This document shows, one piece after another, positions 19,108-29,612 of a stretch of 64,000 nt of DNA (positions are counted from its first letter, which is position 1; each line of letters starts with the position of its first letter). This DNA comes from an uncultured delta proteobacterium. Its GTDB lineage: Bacteria; Myxococcota_A; Polyangia; Fen-1088. The notes beneath the pieces are model-generated. The model saw nothing but the letters and a program-made list of their open reading frames with translations, did no database searches and had not been told where the DNA came from. The position numbers were made by a program, and so were the translations under genes. Location of the stretch: contig CAWCMR010000006.1 of assembly GCA_963796685.1 (NCBI GenBank), positions 96,001 through 160,000 on the forward strand, in the 5' to 3' direction.

Positions 19108-19584
19108 TTACAGAGCGTCGCGGACGATGAATTTGGCCCGGGCCTCCACCACGACCTTGCCGTCCTGAAGCAGCTCGGCGCGCTGAAGATAGAGTGGATG
19201 CGCGCTGGCGTTCTCGGTCCAGGCCCGGACCATGGCAAACCGGCCCGTCGAGGTGGGTGCCAGAAAGCGAACCTCGAGCGCAGCCGTGACTGCCACGACG
19301 CCGATGGCAAAGAGGGCGCTCGCCATGGCCGAATCGAGCAGTGCGGAGATGACCCCGCCGTGCAAGACGCTCGGGTAGCTTTGCAGCATGGGCAAGCAGT
19401 CGAACGCGGCCGCCACCGAACCGTCCGGTTGAACCTTGAACTTCACTTTGAGACCGTTCGGATTCGCCGGCCCACAGAGCAGACACATCGCGTGCTCTCG
19501 TTCCCTCATCCTATCGAGGCACTCCTGGGTCGCCACCACGCCGGCAGCCTTGACGCTGATCGCGTTGGATTCGCGGGGAAGCAT
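19108..19584 (-). CDS. PaaI-family hotdog thioesterase (start uncertain)
   Basis: 'CLLCGPANPNGL', 'LHGGVISALLDSAM', 'TAALEVRFLAP'. Confidence 0.85.
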   Translation of the reverse strand: MLPRESNAISVKAAGVVATQECLDRMREREHAMCLLCGPANPNGLKVKFKVQPDGSVAAAFDCLPMLQSYPSVLHGGVISALLDSAMASALFAIGVVAVTAALEVRFLAPTSTGRFAMVRAWTENASAHPLYLQRAELLQDGKVVVEARAKFIVRDAL

Positions 19585-19727
19585 TCGCGGCTCTGAAAGT
19601 AGTGGACATACGTGCAAAATACAACAACAAAGCCGCAGCCCTGGAACGTCTCTGTTTCGGTGGTAATCCCTGGCCCCTTCGCCGGACAGCTCGGTGCGTC
19701 CTGTGTCCTGGAACGCGCGGACAGAAT

Positions 19728-19745
19728 TTGTCACCAAATTGAAAC
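19728..19745 (+). promoter_or_regulatory. Pho box
   Basis: TTGTCAC-CAAA-TTGAAAC, two heptamers 11 bp apart, 36 bp upstream of pstS. Confidence 0.6.
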
Positions 19746-19780
19746 GTGGGGTCGCTGGTCCGTGAGCCAGTCTCCTCCGC

Positions 19781-20896
19781 ATGCATACACTACCCATCCC
19801 AGGCAGCGACAAGAGAAGACGTGCTCACTCGACCCTCGGCGAAGTCGCCGGATTGGCCCTCGTGGCCGCCGGCTCCATCGTGCTGGGCGGCAGGGCTCAG
19901 GCAGGCGAGGCGACCACCATCTCGGGAGCAGGCGCCACGTTTCCGTACCCGGTCTATTCCAAGTGGGCGGACACCTATGCGAAGGAGACCCAGGTCAAGC
20001 TGAACTATCAGGCCATCGGGTCCGGCGGTGGCATCAAGCAAATCAGCGAGGGAACGGTCGATTTCGGCGCGTCCGACGCGCCCCTTACACCCGAGGAGCT
20101 GGACAAGGCGGCCTTGATTCAGTTCCCCATGGTCATGGGCGGCGTGGTTCCGGTCGTCAATATTCCTGGCATCAAGTCGGGTGAGCTCAAGCTGGAGCCG
20201 GCGGTGCTGGCGGAGATCTTCATGGGCAAGATCAAGAAGTGGGATGACCCGGCCATCAAGAAGAGCAACCCGGGATTGAAACTGCCCGCCACCGCCGTGT
20301 CCGTGGTGCACCGCTCGGATGGCTCGGGCACCACCTGGATCTTCACCAACTATCTGGCCAAGGTCAGCCCAGAGTGGTCCAAGTCGGTCGGCAGCGACAA
20401 GTCGGTGGCGTGGCCAACGGGCGTGGGTGGCAAGGGCAACCAGGGCGTGGCCTCCTACGTTCAGCGCATCAGCGGCGCGATCGGGTACGTCGAGTCTGCC
20501 TATGCCACGCAGAACCGAATGCCGCACGCCAAGCTGAAGAACCGCGACGGCAAGTTCGTCGACCCCACGGACGAGAGCGTTCAGGCCGCCGCCAAGGGCG
20601 CGGATTGGACGCACGCCCACGGTTTCTACATGGTTCTCACCGACCAGCCGGGCGCCGACTCGTGGCCCATCACGGGCGCCTCCTTCGTGCTGCTTCGCCG
20701 CGTGCAGAAGGATCCCGATGTCTGTCGCGCGGTGTTGCGCTTCTTCGACTGGAGCTACCGCAACGGTGGCGCCGCGGCGAAAGAGCTCGGTTACATCCCC
20801 ATGCCCAGCAACGTGGTGGAGATGGTGGAAAAGACCTGGGCGAAAGATCTGAAGGACGCTGGCGGGAAGAAGGTCTGGCCCGCGGGCAAGCGTTGA
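19781..20896 (+). CDS. pstS: Phosphate ABC transporter substrate-binding protein
   Basis: 'GAGATFPYPVY', 'IGSGGGIKQ', 'DFGASD', 'RSDGSGTT'. Confidence 0.95.
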   Translation: MHTLPIPGSDKRRRAHSTLGEVAGLALVAAGSIVLGGRAQAGEATTISGAGATFPYPVYSKWADTYAKETQVKLNYQAIGSGGGIKQISEGTVDFGASDAPLTPEELDKAALIQFPMVMGGVVPVVNIPGIKSGELKLEPAVLAEIFMGKIKKWDDPAIKKSNPGLKLPATAVSVVHRSDGSGTTWIFTNYLAKVSPEWSKSVGSDKSVAWPTGVGGKGNQGVASYVQRISGAIGYVESAYATQNRMPHAKLKNRDGKFVDPTDESVQAAAKGADWTHAHGFYMVLTDQPGADSWPITGASFVLLRRVQKDPDVCRAVLRFFDWSYRNGGAAAKELGYIPMPSNVVEMVEKTWAKDLKDAGGKKVWPAGKR

Positions 20897-20921
20897 TGGA
20901 GCCGGGCCGCAAAGTGATATC

Positions 20922-21935
20922 TTGAGATCGGTAGAAGCAGCCACGCAAGAGGAGGGGGGGCCGCCTTTCGAGGTAGCCCCTCCAGACCTGGGCGTGGGTG
21001 TGGGCTCGCGTGCGCCCGGCGATGTGTTCTTTCGGGGACTGACCGGATTCTTCGCCGTGCTGGTGTTGCTGTCGGTCTTCGGCATGCTGGTCACGCTCCT
21101 CGTGGGGGCTTGGCCGGCGCTCAAGGCCTTCGGGTTCGGGTTTCTCACCAGCAAGGAGTGGAATCCGGTCACCGAGCAGTTCGGGACCTTGGCTCCTCTC
21201 TACGGCACCGTGATCACGTCGGTCATCGCTCTACTCGTGGGGGTTCCGGTCAGCTTCGGGATTGCCCTCGTGATCACCGAGCTTGCCCCAGGCTGGCTGA
21301 AGCGGCCCATCGGCGTGGCCATCGAGCTTCTGGCCGCCATTCCCAGCATCATCTACGGAATGTGGGGGCTTTTCATCTTCGCCCCGCTCTTCGCGTCGAC
21401 CCTGCAACCTTGGTTGACCGAGCACATGGGGTCGTGGCCGCTCCTGGGCTCGCTGGTCGAAGGGCCGCCCATGGGTATCGGCATGCTCACGGCCGGGCTC
21501 ATCCTGGCCATCATGATCGTCCCCTTCATGGCGGCGGTGATGCGCGACGTGTTCGAGACCGTGCCAGCTTCACTGCGCGAATCCGCCTATGCGCTTGGCT
21601 GCACGACCTGGGAGGTCGTGTGGCGGGTGATCCTACCCTACACGCGCGTGGGCGTGATCGGCGGCATCATGCTGGGCCTCGGCAGGGCTCTGGGCGAGAC
21701 CATGGCGGTCACGTTCGTCATCGGCAACGCCCAAGACGTCAAGCTGTCCTTGTTCATGCCGGGCAGCACGATTTCCTCGACGCTGGCCAATGAGTTCACC
21801 GAGGCCACCACCCCGCTTTACACATCGTCCTTGCTGGCCTTGGGGTTGGTCCTCTTCGTGTTGACGTTCATCGTCCTTGTCGGTGCGCGCCTGATGCTGA
21901 TGAAGATGCGGGCACGCGAGGGGGTGAGAACATGA
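20922..21935 (+). CDS. pstC: Phosphate ABC transporter permease
   Basis: 'ELLAAIPSIIYGMWG', 'GLGRALGETMAV'. Confidence 0.95.
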   Translation: MRSVEAATQEEGGPPFEVAPPDLGVGVGSRAPGDVFFRGLTGFFAVLVLLSVFGMLVTLLVGAWPALKAFGFGFLTSKEWNPVTEQFGTLAPLYGTVITSVIALLVGVPVSFGIALVITELAPGWLKRPIGVAIELLAAIPSIIYGMWGLFIFAPLFASTLQPWLTEHMGSWPLLGSLVEGPPMGIGMLTAGLILAIMIVPFMAAVMRDVFETVPASLRESAYALGCTTWEVVWRVILPYTRVGVIGGIMLGLGRALGETMAVTFVIGNAQDVKLSLFMPGSTISSTLANEFTEATTPLYTSSLLALGLVLFVLTFIVLVGARLMLMKMRAREGVRT

Positions 21936-22772
21936 GCCTCTACACGCGCCGCCGGATCGTGAATCAGGTCGGACTGACCCTGTCGGTGTTGGCGACGCTG
22001 TTCGGCCTGTTCTGGCTCGTCTGGTTGCTGTGGACGCTCTTCGGCAGCGGACTGCGATGGATCGGGCCCAAGCTGTTTCTGGAATCCACGCCACCGCCCG
22101 GCGCAAGCGGCGGGCTGGCGAACGCCATCGTGGGCAGCGTGATCCTCACGATCGCCGGCGTGGGCATGGGCGCGCCGGCGGGCATCCTGGCCGGGACCTA
22201 CCTGGCGGAGTTCGGTCGGACATCCCGCCTGGGGGCGGTGGTCCGGTTCGTCAACGACATCCTGCTCAGCGCTCCGTCGATCATCATCGGCGTCTTTGTC
22301 TACGGGTTGATCGTCCTGCGAACCGGGCACTTTTCGGGATGGGCCGGCGCGGTGGCCCTGGCGCTCATCGTGATGCCGGTGGTCGTGAGAACCACCGAGA
22401 ACATGATGCGGCTGGTTCCGGACAGCCTGCGGGAGGCCGCCGCCGCGCTGGGAAGCTCCGAGCTGGAAGGTCACGATGGTGATCGTGTACCGCAGCGCTC
22501 TGCCCGGCATCCTGACCGGGGTCTTGCTTGGAATGGCCCGAGTCAGCGGCGAAACCGCACCGTTGCTCTTCACCGCCCTCAACAACCAGTTCTGGAGCAC
22601 CGATATGAGTCGGCCATTTGCCAATTTGCCGGTGGTGATCTTCCAGTTCGCCATGAGCCCGTATGAAGATTGGCAGCACCTGGCTTGGGCCGGCGCGCTG
22701 CTCATTACCGTCACCATCCTCGGCATCAACATCGCCGCCAGGATGCTGCTCAAACGCAAGACCGTGAGGTAG
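21932..22772 (+). CDS. pstA: Phosphate ABC transporter permease, apparent +1 frameshift at ~22453
   Basis: ORF 21932-22666 plus ORF 22476-22772; deleting one A in GGAAGCT restores '[16 protein letters not shown]...[10 protein letters not shown]'. Confidence 0.9.
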
Positions 22773-22775
22773 AGC

Positions 22776-23648
22776 ATGGAAGCAAGAGAACACTCTCCCG
22801 TGAACGATGAGCCCTCTCGTGTGGCATCCGCCCCCGTGGCGCCGGTGCATCCTGCGGCGCCCGGCGCCCAGGCGCAGAAGCAGACCACGCGACAGACCCC
22901 CAAGGTCGAGATCCGGAACCTCAGCTTCTTCTACGGGAAATACAAGGCGCTCCACGACATCGACCTGGATATTCATGACTGTCAGATCACGGCGTTCATC
23001 GGTCCATCCGGCTGTGGCAAGTCCACGTTGCTGCGAACCTTGAACCGCATCTACGAGCTCTATCCCGGGCAACAGGCGACGGGAAAGATCATGCTCGGCG
23101 GTCGCAATCTTCTCGAGCGCGAGGACAACGTGAATCTGCTGCGCGCCAAGGTCGGGATGGTGTTTCAGAAGCCGACGCCCTTCCCCATGTCGGTTCACGA
23201 CAACATCAGCTTCGGCGTCAGGCTCTACGAGCGGCTCTCGCACGCGGACATGGAAGAACGCGTGCAATGGGCCTTGGAAAAGGCCGCTTTGTGGGAAGAG
23301 GTGAAAGACAAGCTGCGCCAGGATGGGACGGCGCTGTCGGGCGGGCAGCAGCAGCGCCTTTGTATCGCACGTGCCGTGGCGGTGAAGCCCGACGTGCTGC
23401 TGCTCGACGAGCCCGCCTCTGCGCTCGATCCCATCTCGACGCAAAAGATCGAACAACTCATCACGGATCTCAAGAAGGACTACACGATTGCCATCGTGAC
23501 CCACAACATGCAGCAGGCGGCACGGGTGTCCGACTATACGGCGTTCATGTACCTTGGTCGCTTGGTGGAGTTCGGCGAGACGAAGAAGCTCTTCATGAAG
23601 CCGGCGCAGCAGCAAACCGAGGAGTACATCACGGGGAGGTTTGGGTGA
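22776..23648 (+). CDS. pstB: Phosphate ABC transporter ATP-binding protein
   Basis: GPSGCGKS, '[14 protein letters not shown]', [13 protein letters not shown], 'YITGRFG'. Confidence 0.96.
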   Translation: MEAREHSPVNDEPSRVASAPVAPVHPAAPGAQAQKQTTRQTPKVEIRNLSFFYGKYKALHDIDLDIHDCQITAFIGPSGCGKSTLLRTLNRIYELYPGQQATGKIMLGGRNLLEREDNVNLLRAKVGMVFQKPTPFPMSVHDNISFGVRLYERLSHADMEERVQWALEKAALWEEVKDKLRQDGTALSGGQQQRLCIARAVAVKPDVLLLDEPASALDPISTQKIEQLITDLKKDYTIAIVTHNMQQAARVSDYTAFMYLGRLVEFGETKKLFMKPAQQQTEEYITGRFG

Positions 23649-24340
23649 GCTTGCGCGAGCACTCGAGCCACGACTACGAGAACGAGCTCGAGTCCGTGCG
23701 GCAGAGGATCTTCGCGATGGGACGCCAAGTGGACCAGGTTCTACGGTCGAGCGGCAAGGCGCTGCTCGAGAACAACATCGAGTTGTGCAAGCAGATCGTG
23801 CTCGGGGACCAGCAGACCGACTCCATGGAGCTGGACATCGACCATTTGTGCATGGAGATCCTCGCGCGCCGGCAACCCGTGGCCGGAGACCTGCGCCTCT
23901 TGACCGCGGCTTTGAAGCTGGTCATCGATCTCGAACGGATCGGCGACATGGGCGTCAGCATTGCGGCGCGCGTGATGGAGCTCGAGGGCGAACCGCCGCT
24001 CATCCCCTACGAGGATCTGCAGCGCATGCTGACCACCGCCCGCGAGATGCTGACCGAGTCACTGGCCGCGCTCGAGACCCAAGACAGCGCGCGTGCCAGC
24101 CGCGCCATCGACATGGACGAGGTCGTCGATGCCTACTACACGCAAATCTTCGACAAGGTGCTGAGCCGGATGCGCGAAAGTCCGGAGAACATCTCTCGTG
24201 CCACGCGCGTGCAAGCCGTCTCGAAGTACATCGAGCGCATCGGGGACCACGCCAGGAATGTTGCCGAGCGGGTGATCTTCATCTTGACCGGCGAGGATAT
24301 CCGCCACGCCGCGCGCATGCGCCGCCCCGATCTCTCCTGA
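23645..24340 (+). CDS. phoU: Phosphate signalling protein PhoU
   Basis: GTG overlapping the pstB stop; '[11 protein letters not shown]', 'DLERIGD', '[14 protein letters not shown]'. Confidence 0.93.
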   Translation: MSLREHSSHDYENELESVRQRIFAMGRQVDQVLRSSGKALLENNIELCKQIVLGDQQTDSMELDIDHLCMEILARRQPVAGDLRLLTAALKLVIDLERIGDMGVSIAARVMELEGEPPLIPYEDLQRMLTTAREMLTESLAALETQDSARASRAIDMDEVVDAYYTQIFDKVLSRMRESPENISRATRVQAVSKYIERIGDHARNVAERVIFILTGEDIRHAARMRRPDLS

Positions 24341-24377
24341 GCCCAGAGGACACAGAGAACACGGAGACGGATGAGAA

Positions 24378-24415
24378 AGGAAGGGTTCGGATCGAGATCC
24401 GGAGAACCCTTTCCT
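24378..24415. terminator. Hairpin between convergent phoU and GH3 genes
   Basis: AAGGGTTC/GAACCCTT outer stem with inner GGATC/GATCC. Confidence 0.45.
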
Positions 24416-26358
24416 CAGTAGGTCAGGCCGAATCCGTAGGGATACAGGGGGTCGTAGCTCGCGTCGCCCACGTTGATCGGGATCTGCGACATGGAGCGCG
24501 GCCAGCTGTGCGGCAGGGTGCCCGTGGGATGCGCGTCCCCGAACAGGATGTCCGTGATGCCCGCGCCTTCGCTGCCCGGTAGCCACGCCATCACGATGGC
24601 GTCCGCGTATGGCATCAGGGGATCGAGAATCATCGGGCGTCCGGCGATGAGCACGACGACGGTCGGGAGCCCGGCCTGCTTCAGGGCCTGGACCACTTTC
24701 ACGTCCGCGCTGGACACGGTGAGGTCGGTGCTGTCACCCTTGCCCTCGGCGTAAGGGGTCTCGCCGATCACCGCGACGCCGACGCTGGCCGCGCTCACGC
24801 TCGAACCGGTGCTGGAATACTTCACCTGGCCCGTGCCGAGCACGGCCTCGAAAGCCTGGCGCACGCTGGTCGCGCCGGGCACGCTTCCGGAAGCGCCCTG
24901 CCACGAAATGGTCCAGCCGCCACACTGATTCCCGGTGTCGTCGGCGCTCTTGCCCGCCAGCGCGACCGTCACGGTCTTGGGAAGAGGCAACAGGTCGCCG
25001 TCGTTCTTCAGCACGACCAACGATTCCCGCACCGCCTGCCGGGCGACTTGCCGGTGCGCCGCGGAGCCGACATCGGCGGTGAGCGTGCGATCGACCTGGC
25101 CGCTCGCTTCGAAGAGCCCGAGCTCGCACTTTACGGCGACGATGCGCCGGACAGCGTCATCGATACGGTCTTGCGAGACCGTGCCGGTCTGCACCAGGTT
25201 GGCGAAGTATCCCAGCATGGTCGGAATGGTCGTGCCGTAGATCATGAACATGTCGACACCCGCGTTCAGGCACTGGCCAAGTCCATCTTGGTTGGGCAAT
25301 CCAAGCTGGAAGCAAGCATTGAAGTCGGAAATCACGAAGCCGCCGAAGCCCAGCTCGCCCTTCAAGACATCGGTGATCATGGTCTTGTTGGCGTGCATCT
25401 TGACCCCCTGCCAACTGCTGTAGGAAGCCATGATCGCACCGACATGGGCCGCCACCGCCGCGCGGTAGGGCTCGAGATGGATGGCCCGCAGGGTGGCTTC
25501 GTCGCCGCTGGTGTCTCCGCCATTCACGCCGTTGGCCGTGCCGCCGTCGCCCAGATAGTGTTTCGCACTGGTCAGAAGGCCGGTGGGAGCGCCTGCCGGG
25601 GTGAATTGCAAGCCCTTGACCATGATCGAGCCCATGGTCGATGCCAGCTCGGTGGTTTCGCCGAAGGCTTCGTAGGTGCGGCCCCACCGTTCGTCGCGGG
25701 CGACCGCGACCACGGGCGTAAAGGGGAAGTCCACACCGCAACCCAGGCTTTCGCTGGAGACGATGCTGGCAATTTGCCCGACCAAGGCCACGTCACGCGT
25801 GGCGCCCAGGCCGACGTTGTGTGGAAACACCACCGCGCCTTTCACCGTGCCCACGCCGTGAACCTCGTCGGCGCCGTACAGGAACGGAATCTTCATGCGG
25901 CTGGCCAACGCGGCCTGGCGGTAGCTGTCGGCCATATCCGCCCATCCCGAGGGCGAGTTGTTCGTGGGCGCCGAGCCACCCTGGCTGAAGCCCGAACCGA
26001 CTCCATACTGGGTGACCAGGGCCGTGGTCAGAGCCGCACGCTCCATCTGCAACATCTGCGCATATTTTTCCTCCGGCGTCATTTGGCCCAGCAGCGCGGT
26101 TGCGCGGTCAAGGCACGCCTGGGTGGGATACGGACCGCTGCTCGCACCGCCGTCGAGGCCTGCCGTCGTTCCTTCGTCGACACCCAGGCCGAGCGTGCCC
26201 GCGTCGATGACGAAGCTGCTCGCGCCCCCATCGATGCCCCAGCCCTGGAAGGGGCCCGCGTCTACCGCCACGCTGGGGGCAGGCGTCTCGTGGCTTCCCC
26301 CGCAAGCGGATCCGGCCAGTGCGAAGCTCAAAATCAAGAACCGTAGCTGTTTGATCAT
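24415..26358 (-). CDS. GH3 beta-glucosidase/exo-glucanase lipoprotein
   Basis: Lipobox-like 'LAGSAC'; 'DEVHG', 'RDERWGRTYEAFGE', 'AKHYLGDGGT', 'FVISDF', 'GETPYAEG'. Confidence 0.9.
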   Translation of the reverse strand: MIKQLRFLILSFALAGSACGGSHETPAPSVAVDAGPFQGWGIDGGASSFVIDAGTLGLGVDEGTTAGLDGGASSGPYPTQACLDRATALLGQMTPEEKYAQMLQMERAALTTALVTQYGVGSGFSQGGSAPTNNSPSGWADMADSYRQAALASRMKIPFLYGADEVHGVGTVKGAVVFPHNVGLGATRDVALVGQIASIVSSESLGCGVDFPFTPVVAVARDERWGRTYEAFGETTELASTMGSIMVKGLQFTPAGAPTGLLTSAKHYLGDGGTANGVNGGDTSGDEATLRAIHLEPYRAAVAAHVGAIMASYSSWQGVKMHANKTMITDVLKGELGFGGFVISDFNACFQLGLPNQDGLGQCLNAGVDMFMIYGTTIPTMLGYFANLVQTGTVSQDRIDDAVRRIVAVKCELGLFEASGQVDRTLTADVGSAAHRQVARQAVRESLVVLKNDGDLLPLPKTVTVALAGKSADDTGNQCGGWTISWQGASGSVPGATSVRQAFEAVLGTGQVKYSSTGSSVSAASVGVAVIGETPYAEGKGDSTDLTVSSADVKVVQALKQAGLPTVVVLIAGRPMILDPLMPYADAIVMAWLPGSEGAGITDILFGDAHPTGTLPHSWPRSMSQIPINVGDASYDPLYPYGFGLTY

Positions 26359-26591
26359 GGTTTTCCTGTGGCGTCGAAGGGTTTGCTCGGAAGCCACCGA
26401 TGGTAGCAGTTTCGGTGCGGTTCGAGGAACCCGCAAAGTTCCGGCTGTAATCCCGCGACAAGCTCAGCGACATCGCGAGGCGCCGGGCTAAAGGTCCCAT
26501 TCCAAGGCTATGCCTCTCGCCTGGCAGGGCGACGAAAGGTGGTCGTGGCCGTAGACGTCACCGTGGCCCTGGCCGTGGCCGGACATTTGGG

Positions 26592-27017
26592 CTAGCGGGT
26601 CGCCTGGCGAAGAATCTCCCACAAGCGCTCGCTTGCCGGAAGCTCGTCCATGACCGCGGTCGCGCCCAGACGTTGGGCTCGTGTCGCGGTGGCCAGGAGA
26701 CCTCCCGAGGGAATCAGGACCAGGGCGCGCGTGACGCCTGGCGAGGCGAGGCGCTGGGCGAGCTCGGGATCCTCCTCTTCGGCAAACAAGCCTCCACACA
26801 GAATGAGGTCGAGCGGTTGCCCCGTGCGCGCGGTGTTCTCGGCCAGCCTGGCGCGCATGTCCTGGGCATCGGCCGCCTCGAGAACCTCGTGGCCCTGCTG
26901 GCGCAGGGCCGAGGCGAGCCGTTCGCGCAAGATCGGATCTGGGGCGCCTACCAGGATGGAGAGGGGCTCGCCATCTCCTCGTCGATTCGCCTGGTTGGTA
27001 CCTGTGCCCGTGGACAT
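26592..27017 (-). CDS. Single-domain atypical (pseudo-)receiver protein
   Basis: REC-like pattern 'ILVGAPDPILRERLASALRQQGHEVLEAAD...DLILCG...AQRLGATAVMDELP'. Confidence 0.6.
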   Translation of the reverse strand: MSTGTGTNQANRRGDGEPLSILVGAPDPILRERLASALRQQGHEVLEAADAQDMRARLAENTARTGQPLDLILCGGLFAEEEDPELAQRLASPGVTRALVLIPSGGLLATATRAQRLGATAVMDELPASERLWEILRQATR

Positions 27018-27342
27018 CTCCCTACATTGGAGCCTGGCCGCACGGATTGGATTCTTCGCCCGGAGGCTGACAGCTTGCACGTCGCTTGATTGCGCGTTGG
27101 GCCGAGCCAAGGCCAGGCCACGCGTGCTGCTGCAACCTGAGTCCCCGGTCCCGGCGGGCCATCAGGCTGAGCCCCGGTTGACGGTCTCCCGCGTGTTCGG
27201 AGCCCCTGCTCGGACCCAGGCCTCGGGTGGTCGGGCATGAGAGGCTCAAATTGGGGTTGCCTTTCCTTGGGGAGGGAGAGGATAGTTCTAGTGGGCTGGA
27301 GCGCATCTTGTCGAGGCCCCCATCCACCGAAGGAGCAGTTAC

Positions 27343-28785
27343 ATGAGAGCATGCGTTCTTTTCTCAGGTGTAGCCACCCTCTTGGCCCTCTCGGGTTGCA
27401 AGACCACGACCCCGGAGGGAGGGTCGCAGACGGGCGGCATCACGAGCAATGGCGGGCAGGACCAACCGGGGGAGGGCGGCAGTAGCGGCTCGGGCGGTGG
27501 CGCGGGCAGCGGTGGCGCCACCAGCTCGGGCGGCACCAATACGACCAGCAGTGGTGGCAGCTCTGCCGGCGGCACCACGGCCGTGGGCAGCACGACCAAC
27601 AGTGGTGGCAGCTCCGCTGGTGGCACCACGGGCAAAGGCGGCTCGACCTCGAGCGGGGGCAGCAGCGCGCGCGGAGGCGCCACTTCCGCGGGTGGCATCG
27701 TTGGCTCCGGCGGGCAGGGAGACGGCGGCGCGCCGGCTCGCGGGGGAGCTACCGGTTCCGGAGGAGCGACGGCCTCCGGCGGGAGCACGGGAAGCGGTGG
27801 CCAGACCGGTGCGGGCGGCACCGAGGCGTCCTACCAAGGCCCTTGCGACGTGCTCGCCAGCGGGTGCGCGGAGGCGTACAGCGTGACGAGGGCCATGACA
27901 GCGAGCTACACAGGCCCGCTCTTCCAGCTCGGAAAGGCCTCGGACAGCAAGGCGGCGACGCTCGATATAGGCCAGACCAGCGACCACAAGGCGGACATGA
28001 CGACCTGGAGCGCCTACTGCGGCGGGACCCAGTCGAATTGCGTGGTTTCGAAGATCTACGCCCAGATCCACAAAGGAAGTAACGATCTGATGCCGGGCGT
28101 GTGGAACACGCCCTGGAAGCCGGATTGTAGCGCCGGCGGCTACACCTGCGCCGCGAAGTTCACGATCGAATCGGCGACGGGCTTGCCCATCGTCACGACG
28201 GTTTCGCCGCAAGAATATGCCCTCTCCAACGACAATGCTGCCACCGGTATCAACGGCGGGTCGAAGGCCATGGGCATCATGTACAATGGAAAGCCGGTCA
28301 AGAGTAATTATTGCTGCGGCGTCATCGGCCTTACCCACAGATACGACGCGACCGACACCACCGGGACCGATTTCATGCTCGCCCTGGCCTACGGGTGGAA
28401 AGATTCGGGCGGCTGCTGCATTGCCACCAACTGCGGCGCGTCCGACAAATACTGCGTCGGCGCGGAGGAGGAGGAAAACAACGATATGTACGACTACGGT
28501 TCGTCACCCGTCGACAACGCCATGGTCGTGACCCAGTTCGACCCGACCGCGAACGCTGTGATTATCAACCTGAACAGCGGCCAAGCGGTTACGAAATCGC
28601 CTCCCAAGGCGGGGAAGCTCAACGCGGGGACGCGCATCCACCTTGGCGGCGGCGGCGACCTGAGCCAGCCCGATCCGGTCCTCATGCGGGAGTCTCTGTT
28701 CACGAACAACGTCATGAGCGCGAGCGAAGTGAAGGCGATGATGGCGAACATTACCGGCTTCTTCTCGTCCCTCAAGTTCCCCTGA
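27343..28785 (+). CDS. Lipoprotein with Gly/Ser/Thr linker and GH54-like arabinofuranosidase B catalytic domain
   Basis: Lipobox 'LSGC'; 'GPCDV...AYSVTRAM...YTGPLFQL', vicinal CC, 'EEENN', 'LGGGGD'. Confidence 0.65.
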   Translation: MRACVLFSGVATLLALSGCKTTTPEGGSQTGGITSNGGQDQPGEGGSSGSGGGAGSGGATSSGGTNTTSSGGSSAGGTTAVGSTTNSGGSSAGGTTGKGGSTSSGGSSARGGATSAGGIVGSGGQGDGGAPARGGATGSGGATASGGSTGSGGQTGAGGTEASYQGPCDVLASGCAEAYSVTRAMTASYTGPLFQLGKASDSKAATLDIGQTSDHKADMTTWSAYCGGTQSNCVVSKIYAQIHKGSNDLMPGVWNTPWKPDCSAGGYTCAAKFTIESATGLPIVTTVSPQEYALSNDNAATGINGGSKAMGIMYNGKPVKSNYCCGVIGLTHRYDATDTTGTDFMLALAYGWKDSGGCCIATNCGASDKYCVGAEEEENNDMYDYGSSPVDNAMVVTQFDPTANAVIINLNSGQAVTKSPPKAGKLNAGTRIHLGGGGDLSQPDPVLMRESLFTNNVMSASEVKAMMANITGFFSSLKFP

Positions 28786-28935
28786 GCCAACGGAAGACGC
28801 GCTACCCGGCCGCACTCGAACGGCGATCGGCTTCGTGCCACCTGGCCCGCGGCTTCTTCCGCACCTGGCGGAGCCATCCCTGATGGGCCAAGCTGTGAGC
28901 CTACGAAGAGGCTTTCGCCCAAGGAGAATCAGCAC

Positions 28936-29202
28936 ATGGCTGTTGGCTGGGCTCACGATGGGGCCGTGCAGGAACAGATCGATGCGAGCGTTGATGATGC
29001 GATCGCACGCGCCAGGCGTGCTGTGCACAAGGGCGAGAGCCTCACACACTGCGAGGACTGTGGCGAGTCGATCCCGGAGGCCCGGCAGAGAGCTGTCCCA
29101 GGGGTTCGCCGCTGCGTCCCGTGTCAGTCCGAGGCTGACTGCGCGTACGTCGATTCCAGTCTCTACAACCGGCGCGGCAGCAAGGACAGCCAACTGAAGT
29201 AG
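28936..29202 (+). CDS. ybiI: DksA/TraR C4 zinc-finger protein, YbiI type
   Basis: 'MAVGWAHDGAVQEQID', CEDC...CVPCQ, 'NRRGSKDSQLK'; AGGAG RBS. Confidence 0.9.
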   Translation: MAVGWAHDGAVQEQIDASVDDAIARARRAVHKGESLTHCEDCGESIPEARQRAVPGVRRCVPCQSEADCAYVDSSLYNRRGSKDSQLK

Positions 29203-29612
29203 ACGTGTACCAGGCCCGGCGACAGGCGCGCTCAGCGACGGCACAGGCTGCGCGCCCCTATTCGGCGTCTCGGCTGGAGTCACTTACTACTGCAGCACCT
29301 GCCCGTCCGGCACCTGCGCGTAGGGCCAGCAACGGACTCCACGCGAAGGCGAGGGCGCCTTTGGCGCTTCGGATCCTACGGTATGGTTCCGGGCCCTGTA
29401 AAGGTATGGGCCTGGCTTCTTGCGCAAAAGATGGAGGCGGATGATTCTGAGGGGACCTATCTACAGGGAGGGTCTCATGGCCAGCGCTAGAGCACCGAAC
29501 GGGTTGAGGCGTTCTCGCCAGCAGTCTGTCCCGCCCGAACGTGTGGCGTTACCGGCAGCACTTCCCACGACCTCCGCGTTCTCCGACGGGTTGTGCCGTC
29601 GAGACGGTCGCG

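Noticed and set aside
24343-24368. CAGAGGACACAGAGAACACGGAGA 9-bp periodic motif after phoU
   Set aside because: Resembles half of a dispersed repeat, but there is no inverted partner or second copy in the window
26540-26582. GTGGCC-type hexamer run (and GCGCGG run at 35341-35365)
   Set aside because: Short, degenerate low-complexity tracts with no associated element
27420-27825. Repetitive GGC/AGC-rich DNA (also 29740-30040 and 32860-33300)
   Set aside because: Explained by Gly/Ser/Thr linker coding in secreted proteins
29394-29468. Imperfect inverted repeat CCCTGTAAAGGT ... ACCTATCTACAGGG in a 400-bp intergenic gap
   Set aside because: Too short and imperfect to call an RNA or MITE without homologs
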